The notes below the pieces were generated by a model. The model did not search any database and had not been told where the DNA came from. It saw nothing but the letters and a program-made list of their open reading frames with translations. DNA of 64,000 nucleotides from the human T2T-CHM13v2.0 reference genome, Homo sapiens, in the NCBI RefSeq assembly GCF_009914755.1, contig NC_060933.1. One strand, given 5' to 3'. Each line of letters opens with the position of its first letter. The stretch's first letter is position 1. Both the position numbers and the translations under genes were made by a program. Positions 41,975 through 58,970 of this stretch are shown in pieces.

Positions 41975-42600
41975 CATTCATTTATTAATTCATTCAGGTT
42001 CTATGAATTGCCTTCTATCTTCCTGGATAGACATATGTCAGAGATCATGTCCTCATAGAGCTTTGAGTTCATCAGGGAAGGCAGAACTTGTCCAAGCTAT
42101 ATGACTATTTCCAATGGGTATTAACAAATATTTGTTTAACAGAGTGAATAAAATGCTATGAAGAAACTTAGAGAGCAACAGAAATGCAAAATAAAGGGCG
42201 CTAACAGAATGGAATGTCAAGGAAGACTTCTTTGTTGAAGGCTTCTCCTAGAATGTAAGTCCCATGAGAGCAGAGATATAGTCTATATCCAAATGAACCC
42301 TGAATTTCAAGAACCCAGAATAATTTCAGGCACATAGTACGCACTTAACTAAAAATACATGAAAGAGAAAAGGAAGATTAGCTTAAGCTTAGACTTAAAG
42401 GGTGAATAAAAATTAGCTGGAGGAAATGGGATTAATAGAAGTGAAGGCATTTAGGTAGAAAAAAGTAGCACTTTTTGACAAATTTAAAGAGGAAGCAGGT
42501 TGTACAGACGATGAGGCAGAAGTTCCAGAGAGAAAAGTGAGAAACAAGTTTGGAAAGGTGGGTAAAATCCAGATCAAACTGGGCCTTTCACAATGTGCAA
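41975..42600 (-). mobile_element. L2 fragments (with a nested opposite-strand L2 end ~42245-42365)
   Basis: cattcatttattaattcattca terminus, GA-rich body; tagaatgtaagtcccatgagagcagag...ggcacatagtacgcac. Confidence 0.55.
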
Positions 42601-42883
42601 AGAATTGGAGACATTTTTCCTGAGACTGACTAGCCTACTGCCCTGGAAAGCCCAGCTTGGATTGAACTTTCCACAATCATCCCTCAGAACAGTTCTGAGG
42701 CAGTGGCATGTGGATTCTGGTGGCGAAAGGCAAAGGGGGAGCGGAGAAATGGAGTTCGCAAGATGAGTAACTGAGGATCCCAAGCTGTAGTGGCAGAGCT
42801 GCCACTCTGTCACTAGAACAAACCACTAAGAAATAAATACAACAGGGATATCTGAGTCCTTGGCCTACAGTTTTTCCATGGGG

Positions 42884-42929
<46 letters not shown>
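42884..42929 (+). repeat. A15 followed by (TA)n
   Basis: Poly-A merging into about (TA)15. Confidence 0.95.
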
Positions 42930-42931
<2 letters not shown>

Positions 42932-45183
42932 GTTGAGACATTTGTTTGTAAGTTCAGATTGCTATCTAAGCATGCTGGGAGAATTCACTGGGAGAAAGCC
43001 CTGAAAAGAAAAACTATTTGCTCCTGAATTTATCTGTATGAGCAAGTATGTGTGAGAGAGACAGAGAGAGGGAGAGAGACAAGGAAAGGCAGAGAGAGGG
43101 AGAGAGAGGCAGTCCTGTCAGAGGGCTGACTGTAAAAGAATGGAGGATTACACACTTCACTGTTCAAGGGTGACAGAGGGAAAACGAGGCTGGCACCAAG
43201 CAGGAAGCCCAATCCTGCCTGAATAAAACACTGCACATTTATGCAATCCCGGGTACCAGATCTTTTATCACAAACTATTTTGATTGCATAGAAAGAAAAG
43301 TGCTAAGTAAAAATTATTTACTCCAGGTCTATTATGAAAAGAACAGATTAACTCCCTAACAGTTCGTTCTTTTTGAAGGTATATTTTCTACCTTGCTGGT
43401 ATGATTTATATTAATGAGAGGTTTAAAACAGGTTTTAACTTAAGAATGATTGCTGATGGTGAAGTGCAGTAATTATACACCTTATGACAGGACACGTGAA
43501 TGGCTCCTACAAGAGAACTGCATAACATGTCAAGCTAATCCTCCTTGCATAAAAAGAGAGAATACTTTGCAAGCTGGCCGATTTTAAGCTCCAGTTAACA
43601 AAAACCCTTTTTGTTGGAGTCTAAAACAAGAATGGGTTAACAAAAGCAAGGAGGAAAAAAATCTCATTTTTCCCCTTCTTCACAAAATATACTATTACAG
43701 GACTTAAAGGTTTTGAAAGGCCACAGTGTGGCTGAAAGACTTGGGAAAGAAACAAGGTCTTCGCCAACAACACCACACTCAAAAGATCCTAAGGTAAATC
43801 GCAGTCTCTTATCAGTATGGAACAGTATGATTTTACTCTAGTTTTTTGTTGTTGTTCTGTTTTTGATTTTTAATGAGTTAAAGGTGTAGCGAGGGAAGGA
43901 GCGACACCATGGCTAGGTAAGAATGAAATGGGTTCATGGATGTTAGGAAGAAAAAAACGTATGCCATGGTGGGCAAGTCAATAGTGTTTGTGCCTTTTCT
44001 GCATGGCTGCTTTTTCTCATACAAGAGCCACTTCTGGACAATAATGAGACCCCGTAAAGCATCTGCTTAGGGATTACGACCCCGTCACACTGGGAATGTT
44101 CAGTTAACACAGAGCAGCCATGGGCTTAACTCCGTGTGTGCCTGTCTTCCTGCTGCAAAACGCACCAAATGCACAGTGGTCCTGGATTCTTCTAAATCAT
44201 TTGCCACCAGGAAAGAAGATACTCAGCTACTGACACACCACCTACCTGCTCAAGGAAAGCAAAAATTAAATAAACAAAAGCCATCAGATTTACTTCACAT
44301 CATGGAACTTGTTAAGACAAGGGAGACAGGAAGACTAAAGGTTGCCAGGTGTGAGAAACGAAGTCTGGAAGTCCATTTTAAAGTATTAGAGGGCTAAGGA
44401 TCAGCGTCAGTGTTAAATTCTTTTCTAAGAATTCTTTTCACCTTGGAAACTTTCAAATGAGAAATTTAAGGAGCAGAATCCTTATATTTTTCTATGACTC
44501 TTAAGTGATTTACAGAATCCTAAAGTGTAGCAAGTTCTTATAATGAGTTGAACTATTTAACTTATTTTATTTAAATGTTTATTTCAATTGTTTTGCCTAT
44601 GTACTATAGTCTGTAACTATCCTAGTCTATAATCAAAGAAATCAGGAGTGCCCACCACCTATTTGCAGAGGTCTCTAAAGCAGAGTCCACAGTGGCCAGG
44701 GCCCATCTAGCAAACTGGCATGCTCAGTGGGACAGGTCAAGAGGGCGGGTCTGCCTCTGGCTTCCTCCTTCTTCTAACACATGCTGCACTTGCTCTTGAT
44801 AGGATAGAGCAAAAAGTCACCACTTTTTAAGAAAACCAAGGCAAAGAACAGAAAGTTTAACTCGTGGTACCTCCTAAACAATTGATGTCATTACTGCTCT
44901 TCAAAAGATCTCTTACAGACATGTAGTTTAGCCATAAAGATAGTACGTTGTGTTGAAAATGCAAAATCACACAAATATTGCCTTAAATATTTTATTTCCA
45001 AATGTAAGTAATAGTTAAACTATTTATATCCCTTCATGAGAAACTGGAAGCTGAAATTTTCAGACGTGAAGGAATTTCTCAGAAAGTGATCCTAAAAATT
45101 TTCAGGAAAAACATCTAACAATTTAACCATAAAGAGCTTTGGTGAAGTCTGACACCCAGTATTTAGCTCTTTTGCTATTATTC

Positions 45184-45491
45184 TTTTTTTTTTTTTTTTT
45201 TTTTTTTAAGATGGAGTCTCACTCTGTCGCCCAGGCTGGAGTATAGTGGTGCGATCTCGGCTCACTGCAACCTCCACCTCCCAGGTTCAAGCAAATTCTC
45301 TTGCCTCAGCCTCTCAAGTAGCTGGGATTACAGGCCCAGGCCACCACGCCCAGCTAATTTTTGTATTTTGTAGTAGAGACCGGGTTTTGCCATGTTGGCC
45401 AGGCTGGTCTCAAACTCCTGACCTCAGGTGATCCACTCGCCTCAGCCTCCCAAAGTGCTGGGATTACAGGCGTGAACCACTGGGCCCAGAC
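45184..45491 (-). mobile_element. Alu (AluSx/Sz-like)
   Basis: Full-length; TSD ttttgctattattcttt (45170, 45495). Confidence 0.95.
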
Positions 45492-46135
45492 TTGTTTTGC
45501 TATTATTCTTTAATAACTGTTTGCAAACTACAAATATTGAAAGGTGAGCATATGTACAAAGACAAAATTAACTAGTAGTCTGAGCTGAAATATTGTAGCT
45601 TAATTCTAGTCTATCAATTTTGATCTGAAATAATAACTCTGAGGGCAGTTTTGTCACCATCAGCACTCATTCCAATATTCAAAAGGAAAATTTTTGTTTA
45701 ATTTATATAACATCTTACTTATAGATGCTTTACTTATAGAAAGCACCTATCAATTATAATTAGCAAAACAGGAGTCAAGGGCATTGTTTTATTGTGTTAC
45801 ATGTCAAGGAAAGGAGACTTAGAGCTAACTTCTGTGACTCTTGGAAAATCCAGGATTGAAGCCTGCAGTCCTGTGACTTATTGAACAGTCAAACCTAGGA
45901 GAAATTATCCTAAGGTAAAATGTCAGAGGATTACTCTCTAGATTGGATGGCAGAGAGAGATTAGCATTCTCAGCATCAAAAACCAGATCACAAACCCATC
46001 TGCAACAGAAGTACATGCAATAAAAGTACTAGAACAAAAATCACCACATTTAAGAGAGAAGCTACCTCATGGTGTAGTAGGATAAGAAGGAATGAGATTG
46101 ATAAGAGGAGGCATGTAGGTATATTATCATTACTC

Positions 46136-46423
<288 letters not shown>

Positions 46424-49400
46424 TACTCTTTTTTTTTAACATTTTGTTAGTTATGCTTTGTAAAACTAGCATATTTTTAATTTAATTTACATCAATTTAA
46501 CTAAAATTTTATTAAACATTCTTAAACTTGGTGGTGCATGCATTTGTTCGTTGAAATTTTTTTTTTGGTTTTTTTTTTTTGGGTATGTTTTAACTATTTC
46601 AACATACGTTTTTAAAAACCAGATCCAAGAGGATCAGAATAACAATAGTGAGGTGAAATCACTGGATCAACCAGGGGACAAAAAAAAATAGCTTCACATA
46701 TGCTCATTTGGTCTTTTTGAACAAATGTTGAATAACCAAATCTTTTAGACTTTTAAATCATTCATTACTCTTGCAGTTCAAATGTGGCAATCTTAACTAT
46801 TTAGGGTTTCACAACTGGTAGGTACTTAATAAGTATATGCCTATAGAGGATAATGATAACTTTACTCAAATGGGACATTACAGAAAATGTTATACGATTG
46901 AAAACAAAATAAAGAATAAACACCAAGCTCAGAAAAAAAGACTTCACACTAATTCACTCCATCTCATTCCTTTAAAATTCAGGCTTAAAAATTTTTTGAT
47001 AAAGGCGATCTGATGTTCAAAGGACATCATTTAAAACTTGGGAGGCAAACTGATAGAGGAGAATGCCTTTTGTGTTTAGGAACTCCCAGTATTGCCAGCC
47101 CCGACCTTGTTCCTCACCAGCTGTAAAAGCCTGTGTGAGACCTTAGTGCTGAAGGCCTCAGCTTCCTTATCTGTAAATGATTAGAATAGATAATAAAGGC
47201 AACAACCAAGTTTATACAGTTTGCCTGACAACTTTGACATATACTATCTCACCCTAAAAGATCCCTTTGGGTTTTCATGGGCTATCATCTTGGTTTTATA
47301 CACAACTCTTATTTGGTTATATGTCACTTACCTAAGTCCAAGAATTACGAAGCACAGTTGTTCAGTTAATTTATTTCTTATTTTTAAAAAAAGCACTGTT
47401 GTACTGCTGTAGATAGAACAACTCTAATCTTCACGTACTGCTGAATTACAATTAGGTGCTAAATCACCTTCAAAGAATGAACAACCTTTTGTTTTGAGGC
47501 TCGTCCAGAAGCATCACTAGGACCTGATATGTACAAGAAAGAAAAAAATAGTAACCTGGGCAGTAAGAGTTTTGTCAGAAGGAATGCTTGTCCTTATCAG
47601 AAACACCACTTATCCCCAAGGCTTGAACTTTAACTATGAAACTTTACCCACTGGGTTTTTAACACAATTACTACTGCAAGCTCACCATTATGTATTTAAA
47701 CTCACAATAAAGAATCAATGCCTGATATTGCATTATTTCCTAAAAGCAGATTTTGATGGAAGACAAGAGGCTGGGCTCCAGTATCAAGAGTGTACAGGAT
47801 ATTTTTTAAAGACATATTTAAATAATAGCATTGATCATAACACAATAATCACTATACCCTCATCTTCCATTCCTACAACAAAGCCCCTTAACAAAGACAC
47901 GTGTACGCATTATAGCTACCAGTTTTATATGGAACTGCCCACTAATAGCTAAATTGGCATCTTTATGAATTTAAGGTTCTCTATAATGTTGATTATGGCT
48001 ACTGCTTTTGACTGTATTTTTCAAAACTGACCACAAAATAGAAGCTTCTAACTTGTCTCTGCCCTTGTGTTTGCAATCTCCAGAGAAAGCACTCCTTAAT
48101 TTCATCATAGTGGTCAGTAATCTTTAGTGATTGAGACAGAAATTAAAATTGATTATTTGAATTCTGACAAGCTGCTTATGTTTGTAATTACCATAAAACT
48201 CTACCACAAATGCCCTAGAGTCCACGGGTGTGAGTGAGGGGTTGATAGGAAATGATCCATTTTCATGTATCTAGATTTAGGACGATGCATGTGGAATTGT
48301 AGAGCCACTTAAGATCACACTCATCCGTGCTGGACTAACTGAAGAGGGAAGTCACTATCCTCTCTTAATAGACCAGACAGTCCTCACGTCATTGCTACAA
48401 TTAAATTCCAGAGAATTTTTTGGATTCTATTTAATGAATAAGGATATATTTTTCATGTGGTGTCATTGTTTCACTACTTCCCATGTTTATTTGGACAGAT
48501 TCATAGCACTGGGTAGGAAATGTATTGGTTGGCAACTTCAGTTTTGGAAGAGAAAGTAAACACATGCTGATTAGCAAACAGTAAACTCTACTGTGTTTAA
48601 TTTTGGCTTCTCTTTAAAAAAAAAAAAATAAAAACACAAAAAAGCCACTATTTGGTGTTGTGTTCCAAGTAGGAGCATTTGTCCCTAAGTTCTTTCCTAA
48701 CCCCTTACTGGAGGGCTTCCAGAATTGCTCTCATTTTTTTTTCTTCTTCCCCTAACACCAGTGGCAAACGCCAACATTATTTAAGAAAATACTTGTGCAT
48801 ATGGTATCCTCCTAGCACAGATTTGCCATCCAGTTGAACAGTAGGGCCACTAACCCACACAAACTAAACTGCAAAATTATGAACTGCATAAACATAAACA
48901 ATTGAATTTAGCCCTAATAAATTCAAGGTAAAATCACACTTCTGAAATTCCTAAAAGGCTACGTCACTGAAAACTATCAGGTCTGAGAACTGAAGGTGGT
49001 AAATATGACAATCTAAAACTTCCAATGCTCTCTTTAGAGCCAATTTCTTTCATCTATCTCATCCTATTGATTTACTGTGACTCCCCAAATTATTCTCCAA
49101 GCTTTAGCCATTCTTAGCCCTCTTCTCATCCATCTTCAGAAGATCATCAAAATCACTAACACCCAAAAAGTGCCGAAGGCCAGCACACACAGGGAAAAGC
49201 TTGGCCACCTAAGATATACCATTGCCCACTGAGCACAAAAGCTCTTCATTATGTCTATGTACCTTCTCATTAAACAGAGCTGGTGTCTGATCTTTTCACT
49301 GCTCATGATTACTACTCATTATTAATCAGACTTCCCAACATGCTTCCAAGGTATGCAAAATCTCGTCCCCACATACCAGATGGGAAAGCTGAGGCATGCA

Positions 49401-49469
49401 AAAGTTAAATAACTACCAAATAGCCCAATATAAGAGGTCAGCAACATCTCTTGCCGATCTACATTGTTT

Positions 49470-49526
49470 CTTATTCAATAAACATTTATTATTGATCTAC
49501 CAAGCTCCTCACCCTGCTAGGTATAA

Positions 49527-49580
<54 letters not shown>

Positions 49581-49603
49581 GCTCCTCACCCTGCTAGGTA
49601 TAA

Positions 49604-49661
<58 letters not shown>

Positions 49662-50110
49662 TCTACCATATTCTGGGTTCTGGGCAAAACAGCAGATTAT
49701 CAAAGTCCTAACCCACATGAGGCTTACGGTCTAGGAGGGGTAAGAAACAGTAAACCAAGAAACAAATGAATATGAAATATGTGAGGTAGCTATGGGGCAA
49801 AGAGTACAGCAGGGTAAGGAGAAAAAGACCTGGGAAGAAGAGAGTGGTAGCTGGAGTGGTAGGAGATTTTGGGGGCACATGTAATTTAAGTCTTCCTCTG
49901 AATGAGGTAAGGGAGCAAGCCCTACCTACGATCATCTGAGAAAAAAACGGTTCCCAGCAGAAAGGACAGACAGAGCAAAGTGCCTGAGGCTCAGCTGTAC
50001 TGGAGGGATGGTAGTATTGCTGCTACTGAAAGGGCAGGCAGAGTGACTCACTGGGGAGAGGGAGGCAAGGGTCAGATCACACAGCACCTGGAAGTCACCA
50101 CTAAAAGTAG
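49470..50110 (-). mobile_element. L2 fragment interrupted by a GT duplication
   Basis: ttattcaataaacatttatt terminus; cagagcaaagtgcctgaggc, ggtcagatcacacag. Confidence 0.6.
49502..49659 (+). repeat. Tandem duplication of 27-bp unique sequence plus (GT)25/(GT)27
   Basis: aagctcctcaccctgctaggtataaca at 49502 and 49579, each followed by a GT repeat. Confidence 0.97.
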
Positions 50111-53100
50111 GGGCTACAAATATAAATGAGACTACTCAAGAGAGACAGTCTTGTGAAGAGTTTAATACGTAAGGTTACATTAAAAATTCACTGCATTAAA
50201 AGCAGTTGATGCTTTCCCTACCATCACATAAAAAGTATATGTGCACAAACAGACAGAAGGGTGCATGCGCTGAATTTTATATAGTCTAGGAAACATTTTC
50301 ACATTGGTTGTTTCAGTCAAATACAAAGAAGTTACAGAACAGCATCGAGTACCTAAGAGAGACCAAAAGCATTTCCTTCTGTAAAGCCCTGCAGCTGAGG
50401 GCTTACATCCGCCTGGTCCAATCAGTTCATTTCCAAACAAAGGTAGGAAATGGCTGCATCCTAGTATTTCATTGTGGACTCATGACTCAGTGCTTTGGAA
50501 CTTGGTATCTTTGGGAGTGAGTGTCTATTCTCCACGTCTCTTGCCACAGGGGGAAAAAGGTAAAGATAAACAGTAACACAATTTCACCCAACCGAGATAT
50601 AAATCTGTGGGCTTCTCCACCCTTCTCAAAAATAAATGAATGAATGAAGGAAATTCAGTTCCTGCTTTTTTTTCTTCCCTTCTCTGTTTTGTTTCCTAAT
50701 TCCCAGGACTCCCTGGTGTCTCCTAAACAGCATAAGGTCAACTGATGGTGAAAGTACATCACATGATAATTATTCAAAAGCTGTTATGTTATACAATATA
50801 GTTTATAATAGGAAAAGGAGTTACATTTGATTCTGCAAGAGCAGTCGGTAATATGCCCATTACATAGGGATTCTAAGAAACTAAAATTAAGAAATTTGTC
50901 CTAAAGAACAAATTGATTCTCCTCCATCATTTAACCAAAAAGGTTTGTAGTATTTTGTATTCACAATGTTACACAGGAGAACAGTAACTTAACTTTGAAA
51001 ACTGTTTTCACACAATGGTCACAAAGAAAATAACACATAAATCCCATTAGGTCTTTTTGTAAAAAGCTTCCATAATTTCCAAATCCACGGTGTAGAGAGG
51101 AAAAGAGGAAAATGGCATGTGTATATGTTCTAAGACTATTACTTCAAATGAATAAGGTTTAGAGGTATACTTAACATACAAACTGTTTCCTTCAGGAAAA
51201 AGTGCAGGAACTCCTGGATAGACACAATACTCATTTCTGATGAAAGTTACAGAAGAAACTACCAGTTGTGTATGATCTAATACTACAAGTCACTTATTAT
51301 CTATGAAGGAAAACAGAAAGAGAAAAGATAAGAAAACAACATTTAAATAAGAATGAGAAAGGAATCTCTGTTCTAACTTAAAGATACATAAACATATAAA
51401 TCCAAATATGAGCCAAATTATTTTATAATGATATCCATGTGATCAATGAGGCATAACCACAAGAACCTTACACGATTATAATGAGAGAAGCTTCGAAACA
51501 GGAAATTTCTATCTACAAAAAGTACAAATTATTTTCAGAATATTGGAGGAATCTGGGGTTTTCTACCCAGCAGAATAAATTATGAAAACAGTGAAAGATA
51601 CCCTCCAGAGGGAGAGAGTGCAAGAGTTTATATGTTAAAGAGAACATTACATTTCACTTTTCCAATGTAGAAACAAACTGAAGAAAATTTAGAGGGGATG
51701 GTGAGGATGAAGAGAAATAAAATCATAAAAAGGAATGAGTAAAAAATGTAATAAAAGAAGAGGAATATGGTTTCCACTTATATTAGTTTTGTCCTTCCAT
51801 TAAAAATTATACCTTAAAGTCCATTACTCTTGACTATATTGCCAATTTCTCAAATAATACACTGGTCAAGTTCCAAAATTTCATTAAATATATAAATTGC
51901 ATACATAAAAGTTCCTGTGTAGCCTATGGAGACATTTTAAATTTTCTTCAGCAAAATTGGGCCTAAAGTTTGGAAAAATTCCTAGAGAGTGAAATTAATC
52001 TCTCTGTCCCCATCTCTCCCTCTCTCCCTCTCTCTTTCTCTCCCTCTCTCTCAATAGATAATATTACCCTACTATATATCCTGCCATATATCTTTATACT
52101 CCAATTTCCTACCTAGTCCCCTATTCAGACATGCATAATGCTTCCATTTTGAAGCATATGGCTGGGGAGCCAAAAGAATTTAAATTGCCTTCAAAATGTG
52201 CATCGCATTATAAATGGTGTGAAAAAAGATCTTACTATTCAGCTCTCAACTTGGAGCATAAAGCAAAGAAGAAGCAACACAAGACTGCTTCAAACTTTAT
52301 CCAAAAACTCAACAGCTTCACTTGTTTATAGAGGTACAAAAAGTATGCGACACAGTTTATAAAACAAGAACGATGTACTGTATGCAAAAGTAAAGTTAAA
52401 AGCAAAGTATAGTAACAGCCCTATCTCGTTACAAACACTTGGCAGCATGTCTAAAGTACCATGGTCAAAAACATGATACCGTCTGCGTTGTACTTCTGCC
52501 AGAAAGCACTCCCTAAGTCCAAGTCTCTTTAGCCATCATCACCACCTCATTTGGCAAACTCTCCCAAGCCTCAGTTCATCTACTCAAAATTACTCCACAG
52601 AAAGCAGACAAACTCTCTAGCTTTGTAGGCTGCAAGTATCACAATGAAGTAGCATTGGCAAGTGACAGCGTAAGATGGAGCTCTGAGGTTAGAAAGCCAG
52701 GACCAACTAAACTGTATCCTCAAAGCTTATTTGCATATCAAGTTGAGCAGGGCTGTCTTCATTTTGGTAATTCAGGGTTTCTTCTCTACTCTCACAGTAA
52801 TTCCAATGGGTCTTTCTGAATCAGCCGCAGCTGAGAAAGAAAGCACATGGCAAGAATACACTCAGGCACCGAATACCTTTTAGGCAAATGAGGGGCAAAT
52901 GTATTCGGCAATTACCTGCCATTTAACCATTTCTGGCCAGGTCTTTTGAATAATTCCAGAACCTCAAAAACTGCCTCAATAGTTATGTATGCATAACGGA
53001 CCAGGCCATTACCAAGGCTAAGTAAATACAAGAATATGCATCAAGGTTTAGGTAATAAGTAGATAAATAGACTATATCAGTATCAACATCCATATCTACC

Positions 53101-56100
53101 TGTGGCATTTATAACTAAAAAAACAGCAGTTCATAATACATAAGTATAAATGTGGCAGTGAAAAGATGACTGATAGGACAGAAGTAGCTGCATGAATTAT
53201 TAATTTTCCTAGGGCACGTAAGAATTGGCTTCCAAATTTTTCTTTAATCGACTTTCTCCAAAGTAGCATATTACATAATTCAAAAAAAAAACAGATATTG
53301 TCATCTTAAGTTTACAGCTTGCCATATTTCCTAGAAAATAAACAATAATTAACAACATATCTCATAGTTGTTCCCTCCCCACCTTTCTTCAAGAAACTTT
53401 ACACTCTGAAATGTAGATACATAAGCTACTTTTGGATCAGGGCCCACAACCATATGCTTCCAAAGGAATAATATGTACAGGTTAGTCTGGTGTGTACCAG
53501 ATGTTAAAAAAAAGCAAATTCAAAAACAGAAATATCAGTATTCAATGCAGAAATATATTTTAAATTAAATCCCATTCTTCCTCTCCTGATAGACACAGAA
53601 TCAAAGAAAGCCAATTGTATGTCTAATTTTTTAACCTTTTTCCTGAACAAAAATCCCAATTTGACTCATGACTCTAGATTCTTTATATACATAAGATCAC
53701 AAGACAAGAAATGGTCATTTATAAATTATCCTGTCTCAGAGTGAGCCTCCTACCATATGCTGATATTCAACCAGAAGAATTTGTTTGAAAAGGCAAAAAA
53801 AATTCCAGAAGTTAAGCCTATAAGGCAAACCAGCCAGCAAAAGGCGACAGAGTCCACATGTCTATCAGATATTTAATATGTTAAACCTCAATTACCAAAA
53901 GTTTTAAGATTCTCTGTAAACATAACTAGTGAGTCTTTATTTTTCAGATGATTCTGAATGCAAAATGAGCACATTATCTGCACATTGAAAGAATTTATGT
54001 GTTTTTTCCCACATATGGAAATATGCATGAGTATTAAAAAACAAATTACAAATATCCACTCTCTAGAAGTTTGAAAAGTCTAAAGTTTGGGCTGTATTTG
54101 CTTTTTCCATTGCAAACCTACAAGGATTCCTTCAGACTTACAAAAGTTATTGCAAGAAGTCCTGCAGGAAGAAACAGATTGGGGATTTAGATCACCCATG
54201 CCTAACTTTTTCAGGGCATCATGATCTCTCCCCTTGTTCTATACATCAGAGATGTCACTGAAGTGAAAGCCAAGTTTTACTTTAGAATTTAATAAAAATT
54301 GATTAAGCATCACAGAGCACAAACAAAGCTGCTCCATAAATCTTTCAGGCCTTTTTGTGCTAGGAAGAAAGCAAGCACTGTCTGCTGAAGCAGATGACAG
54401 ATGCTGGCTTAAAGATAAGTATTATTTATACTTCTGTACCAGATTTCTTCTTATGCATATCTTATCATGCATGGGTATATGATCAACAAAGCAATTATTT
54501 TATATCAGTCAAAGACATTCAAATGTACCCTGGCTCCATAGGAATGCTTTAAAGAGTTCAGGTCTAGGGTTCAATTAAACCAAGATGGAGAGAAAAGAAA
54601 GTTTGGAAAGAAAAACAAATATTGAAATGGTTGTGATTTGAAATGTACTTTCACACACAGGCTAATGAATATATATGTACTGAAAATAACTTTGTTCTGA
54701 ACATATGCCTATGCATTTTAAATAAATGATGCATGTTTGAAAGATAAGAGGGTTTACCAAATCTAAACACATCAAGATATATCTATATTAAACTGCATTT
54801 ATTTGTACAGTATGTCGGTAAGGAAACAGCCCCCTGAAAGAAATCCAATAGTTATGTAAAGAGATAGCTGATTTAACCAAGTTTGAGAACATTTTAGTCA
54901 TCAAGACTAGAGTTTAAAAATTTAAATCACATTCCTTCCCTCCCTCCTTAGAAAGACAGAATATATGAAAACCAATCACTTAATGAAAATTCCCAGAGGT
55001 TTCTTTATTGTTTTACTTCTAGCATATGAAGTGGAAAAAAGATAACTAATTATTTGAAAGAGAAGAAAAAGCAACTTATATTACCTTCTCAAAAAATATA
55101 TAATATTCTGCATCATAAGGCATTTGAAGGTGGAGAAGCTGGCATGTGATTCCAAAACAAATCTGGATAAGTAAGAGAAATAAATCAGGTGGGCTGTCTT
55201 GACCATTTTCTTCTACCCCGATTCCTAAGTCCCTTGAGAATCTAGAAGAGGAGCAGGTTTGGGGGTGGAATTGTTTTGTTTTATTGTGTTTCATGAGGGA
55301 AGACAAACTGGAAATAAATGAGTTTTCAAGTCCAGCCAGAAAGTCAACCTATGGTTAGATTTACCTAATTGGGTATTTTTTAAAAAAAAAAGTACAAAAA
55401 CAAAAACCTGTGCTCATCCATTTTTTTATGGTATCTTATTGTATTTCATTTTTTTCTCAGCATTTTTCTTCGTAAAAGTTCGTCCTAAGAAATCCCAACC
55501 TCGTCTCAGATAGCCTAAAAGGCAGAAATGTTCATCCACTCAAAGACCAGGAAACCCTAAGCTGCATGACATCATGTGGGAGTAAAATGACTGAGTGAGC
55601 TCAAGCCAGGATCCTTGCTGCTGGAGGGTTTCCTGCACAAGGGCTAGCTGAAGCCACAGATATGGCTGCAACTGCATTAAAATGACATTGGTAGCAGAAT
55701 TAAACTGTCTGGTTTCATGGAAATTACCGTATACTGTAGTTATCACGTGAGAATTAGCAATGCACTAAAATAGGACACACAAATCAGTACTATTATGTGG
55801 TAATACTAATCTATCATACGCAATAATTTTTCTTTCCTGAATTATATATGAAAACACATCCATAAGGGTGTAGCAATTATGAGCAAATATTTTCAAGAAT
55901 GGCTATTGTGTATGTCTCTTTTAAGCATGCAACTCCACATAGAAGCACTAAACAAAGTAAGTGCTTAAAGATATTCAGGATTCTCTTTCCTATTTAAATA
56001 ATCCTCTCTATTATATAAAAATTCAGTTTGTACAACATAAGCATAAGAAATTTGTAGAGGAAATGATAGGTCAGAATGGTTTTTAAATGACCTTATAGTA

Positions 56101-56389
56101 GAAAACAAAGTTAAAATATATACCATATACCAGTGCAGTCAGATATATTGGAGTCACTAATACATTCTGAATCTGCTGATTAAACGAGAGACATTCAAAA
56201 TGAATGAAACTTACCCACATACTTTCTCATCCATGTAAGCAGGAAAGAATTACATTTCTTCTGAGCTAATGGGAATGAGTATAGTAAGCTTTACCGATAA
56301 CTTTAATCTCCACAATCTCCATAGACAGATCCCCACCAAAAAATAAAATAACTGCTTAGTAACTTTGCAGCATATCAAAGTTCACAAAC

Positions 56390-56585
56390 CATGCCCAGTT
56401 CCAATACTTATTAGCCGTTGGCCTTAGACAAATTACTGACCTCTCTGAATTTGAATTTGTATATCTATTTAAACAAAGATAATAGGCTCAAAGTTTGAAA
56501 CAAATGGGATATGTAGAAAAAACACTGAGCAAAATGCCTGGAACACAATAAGTACTAAAAAAATAGTAAATACTATTATTGTTGT
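56390..56585 (+). mobile_element. MIR
   Basis: acctctctgaat...tgcctggaacacaataagtac...tattattgttg. Confidence 0.6.
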
Positions 56586-56689
56586 TCTTGCTACTGTTAT
56601 TATTATTACACAGTACTTTCATGATAAAAGTCTCTGGCCATACATCAGCCTAGATTAGTGCAGCATGTGCCTAATTTCTCATCTCTGAT

Positions 56690-58300
<1,611 letters not shown>

Positions 58301-58558
58301 TAGCTCTATTTCCACACATCTCGTACATGGATTTGTAGAGTGAATGCCCATATGTTTGCCATATCATTTTTGAAGAGCTTTTGCTGTAAATGAGAACTTC
58401 AGTGAGTAATTTCCAATTACTTTCCCCCAAATTAACAGGCAAATATTAGGAAACATCCTATGCCAAACCCTCTTATTTGGTGCCACTGACAGTGCTAACA
58501 GGCTAGAGTGAAATATCAAGGTATATGTGTGGTTCACAGAAAACCACTAATATCACCC

Positions 58559-58970
58559 TGCTATTGACTGAACTGTGTCCCTGAAAATGCATATGCTGAA
58601 GACCCAATCCCCAGTGTAACTGCATTTGGAGACAGGGTCTTTATGGAAGTAATTAAGGTTAAATGAGGTCATAAAGTTGAAGGCCTGTTAAAACGGGTTT
58701 AGTATCCCTAGAAAGAAGAGATGCCAATGTGCCTGATCTCTCTCTCTCTCTCTTGCTTTCTTTCACTATATCTCTCTCTCTCTCTGCTTTCTGAGACACA
58801 ATAAGCAGGTGGCTGTCTGCAAACCACGAAGAGAGCCCTCACCAGAATCCAATGATGCTAATTCCCTGATCTCAGACTCCCAGCCTCCAGGACTGTGAGA
58901 AAAGAAATTTCTACCATTTAAGCCACCCAGTCTATGGTATTTTGTTATGACAACCCAAGCTGACTAGGAC
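58559..58970 (+). mobile_element. MLT1A-type MaLR solo LTR
   Basis: gtaattaaggttaaatgaggtcat...cagcctccaggactgtgaga...tttaagccacccagtctatggtattttgttat. Confidence 0.88.

Noticed and set aside
49502-49659. CRISPR-like repeat-spacer arrangement
   Set aside because: Only two repeats, the spacers are GT microsatellites, the context is eukaryotic and there are no cas genes.
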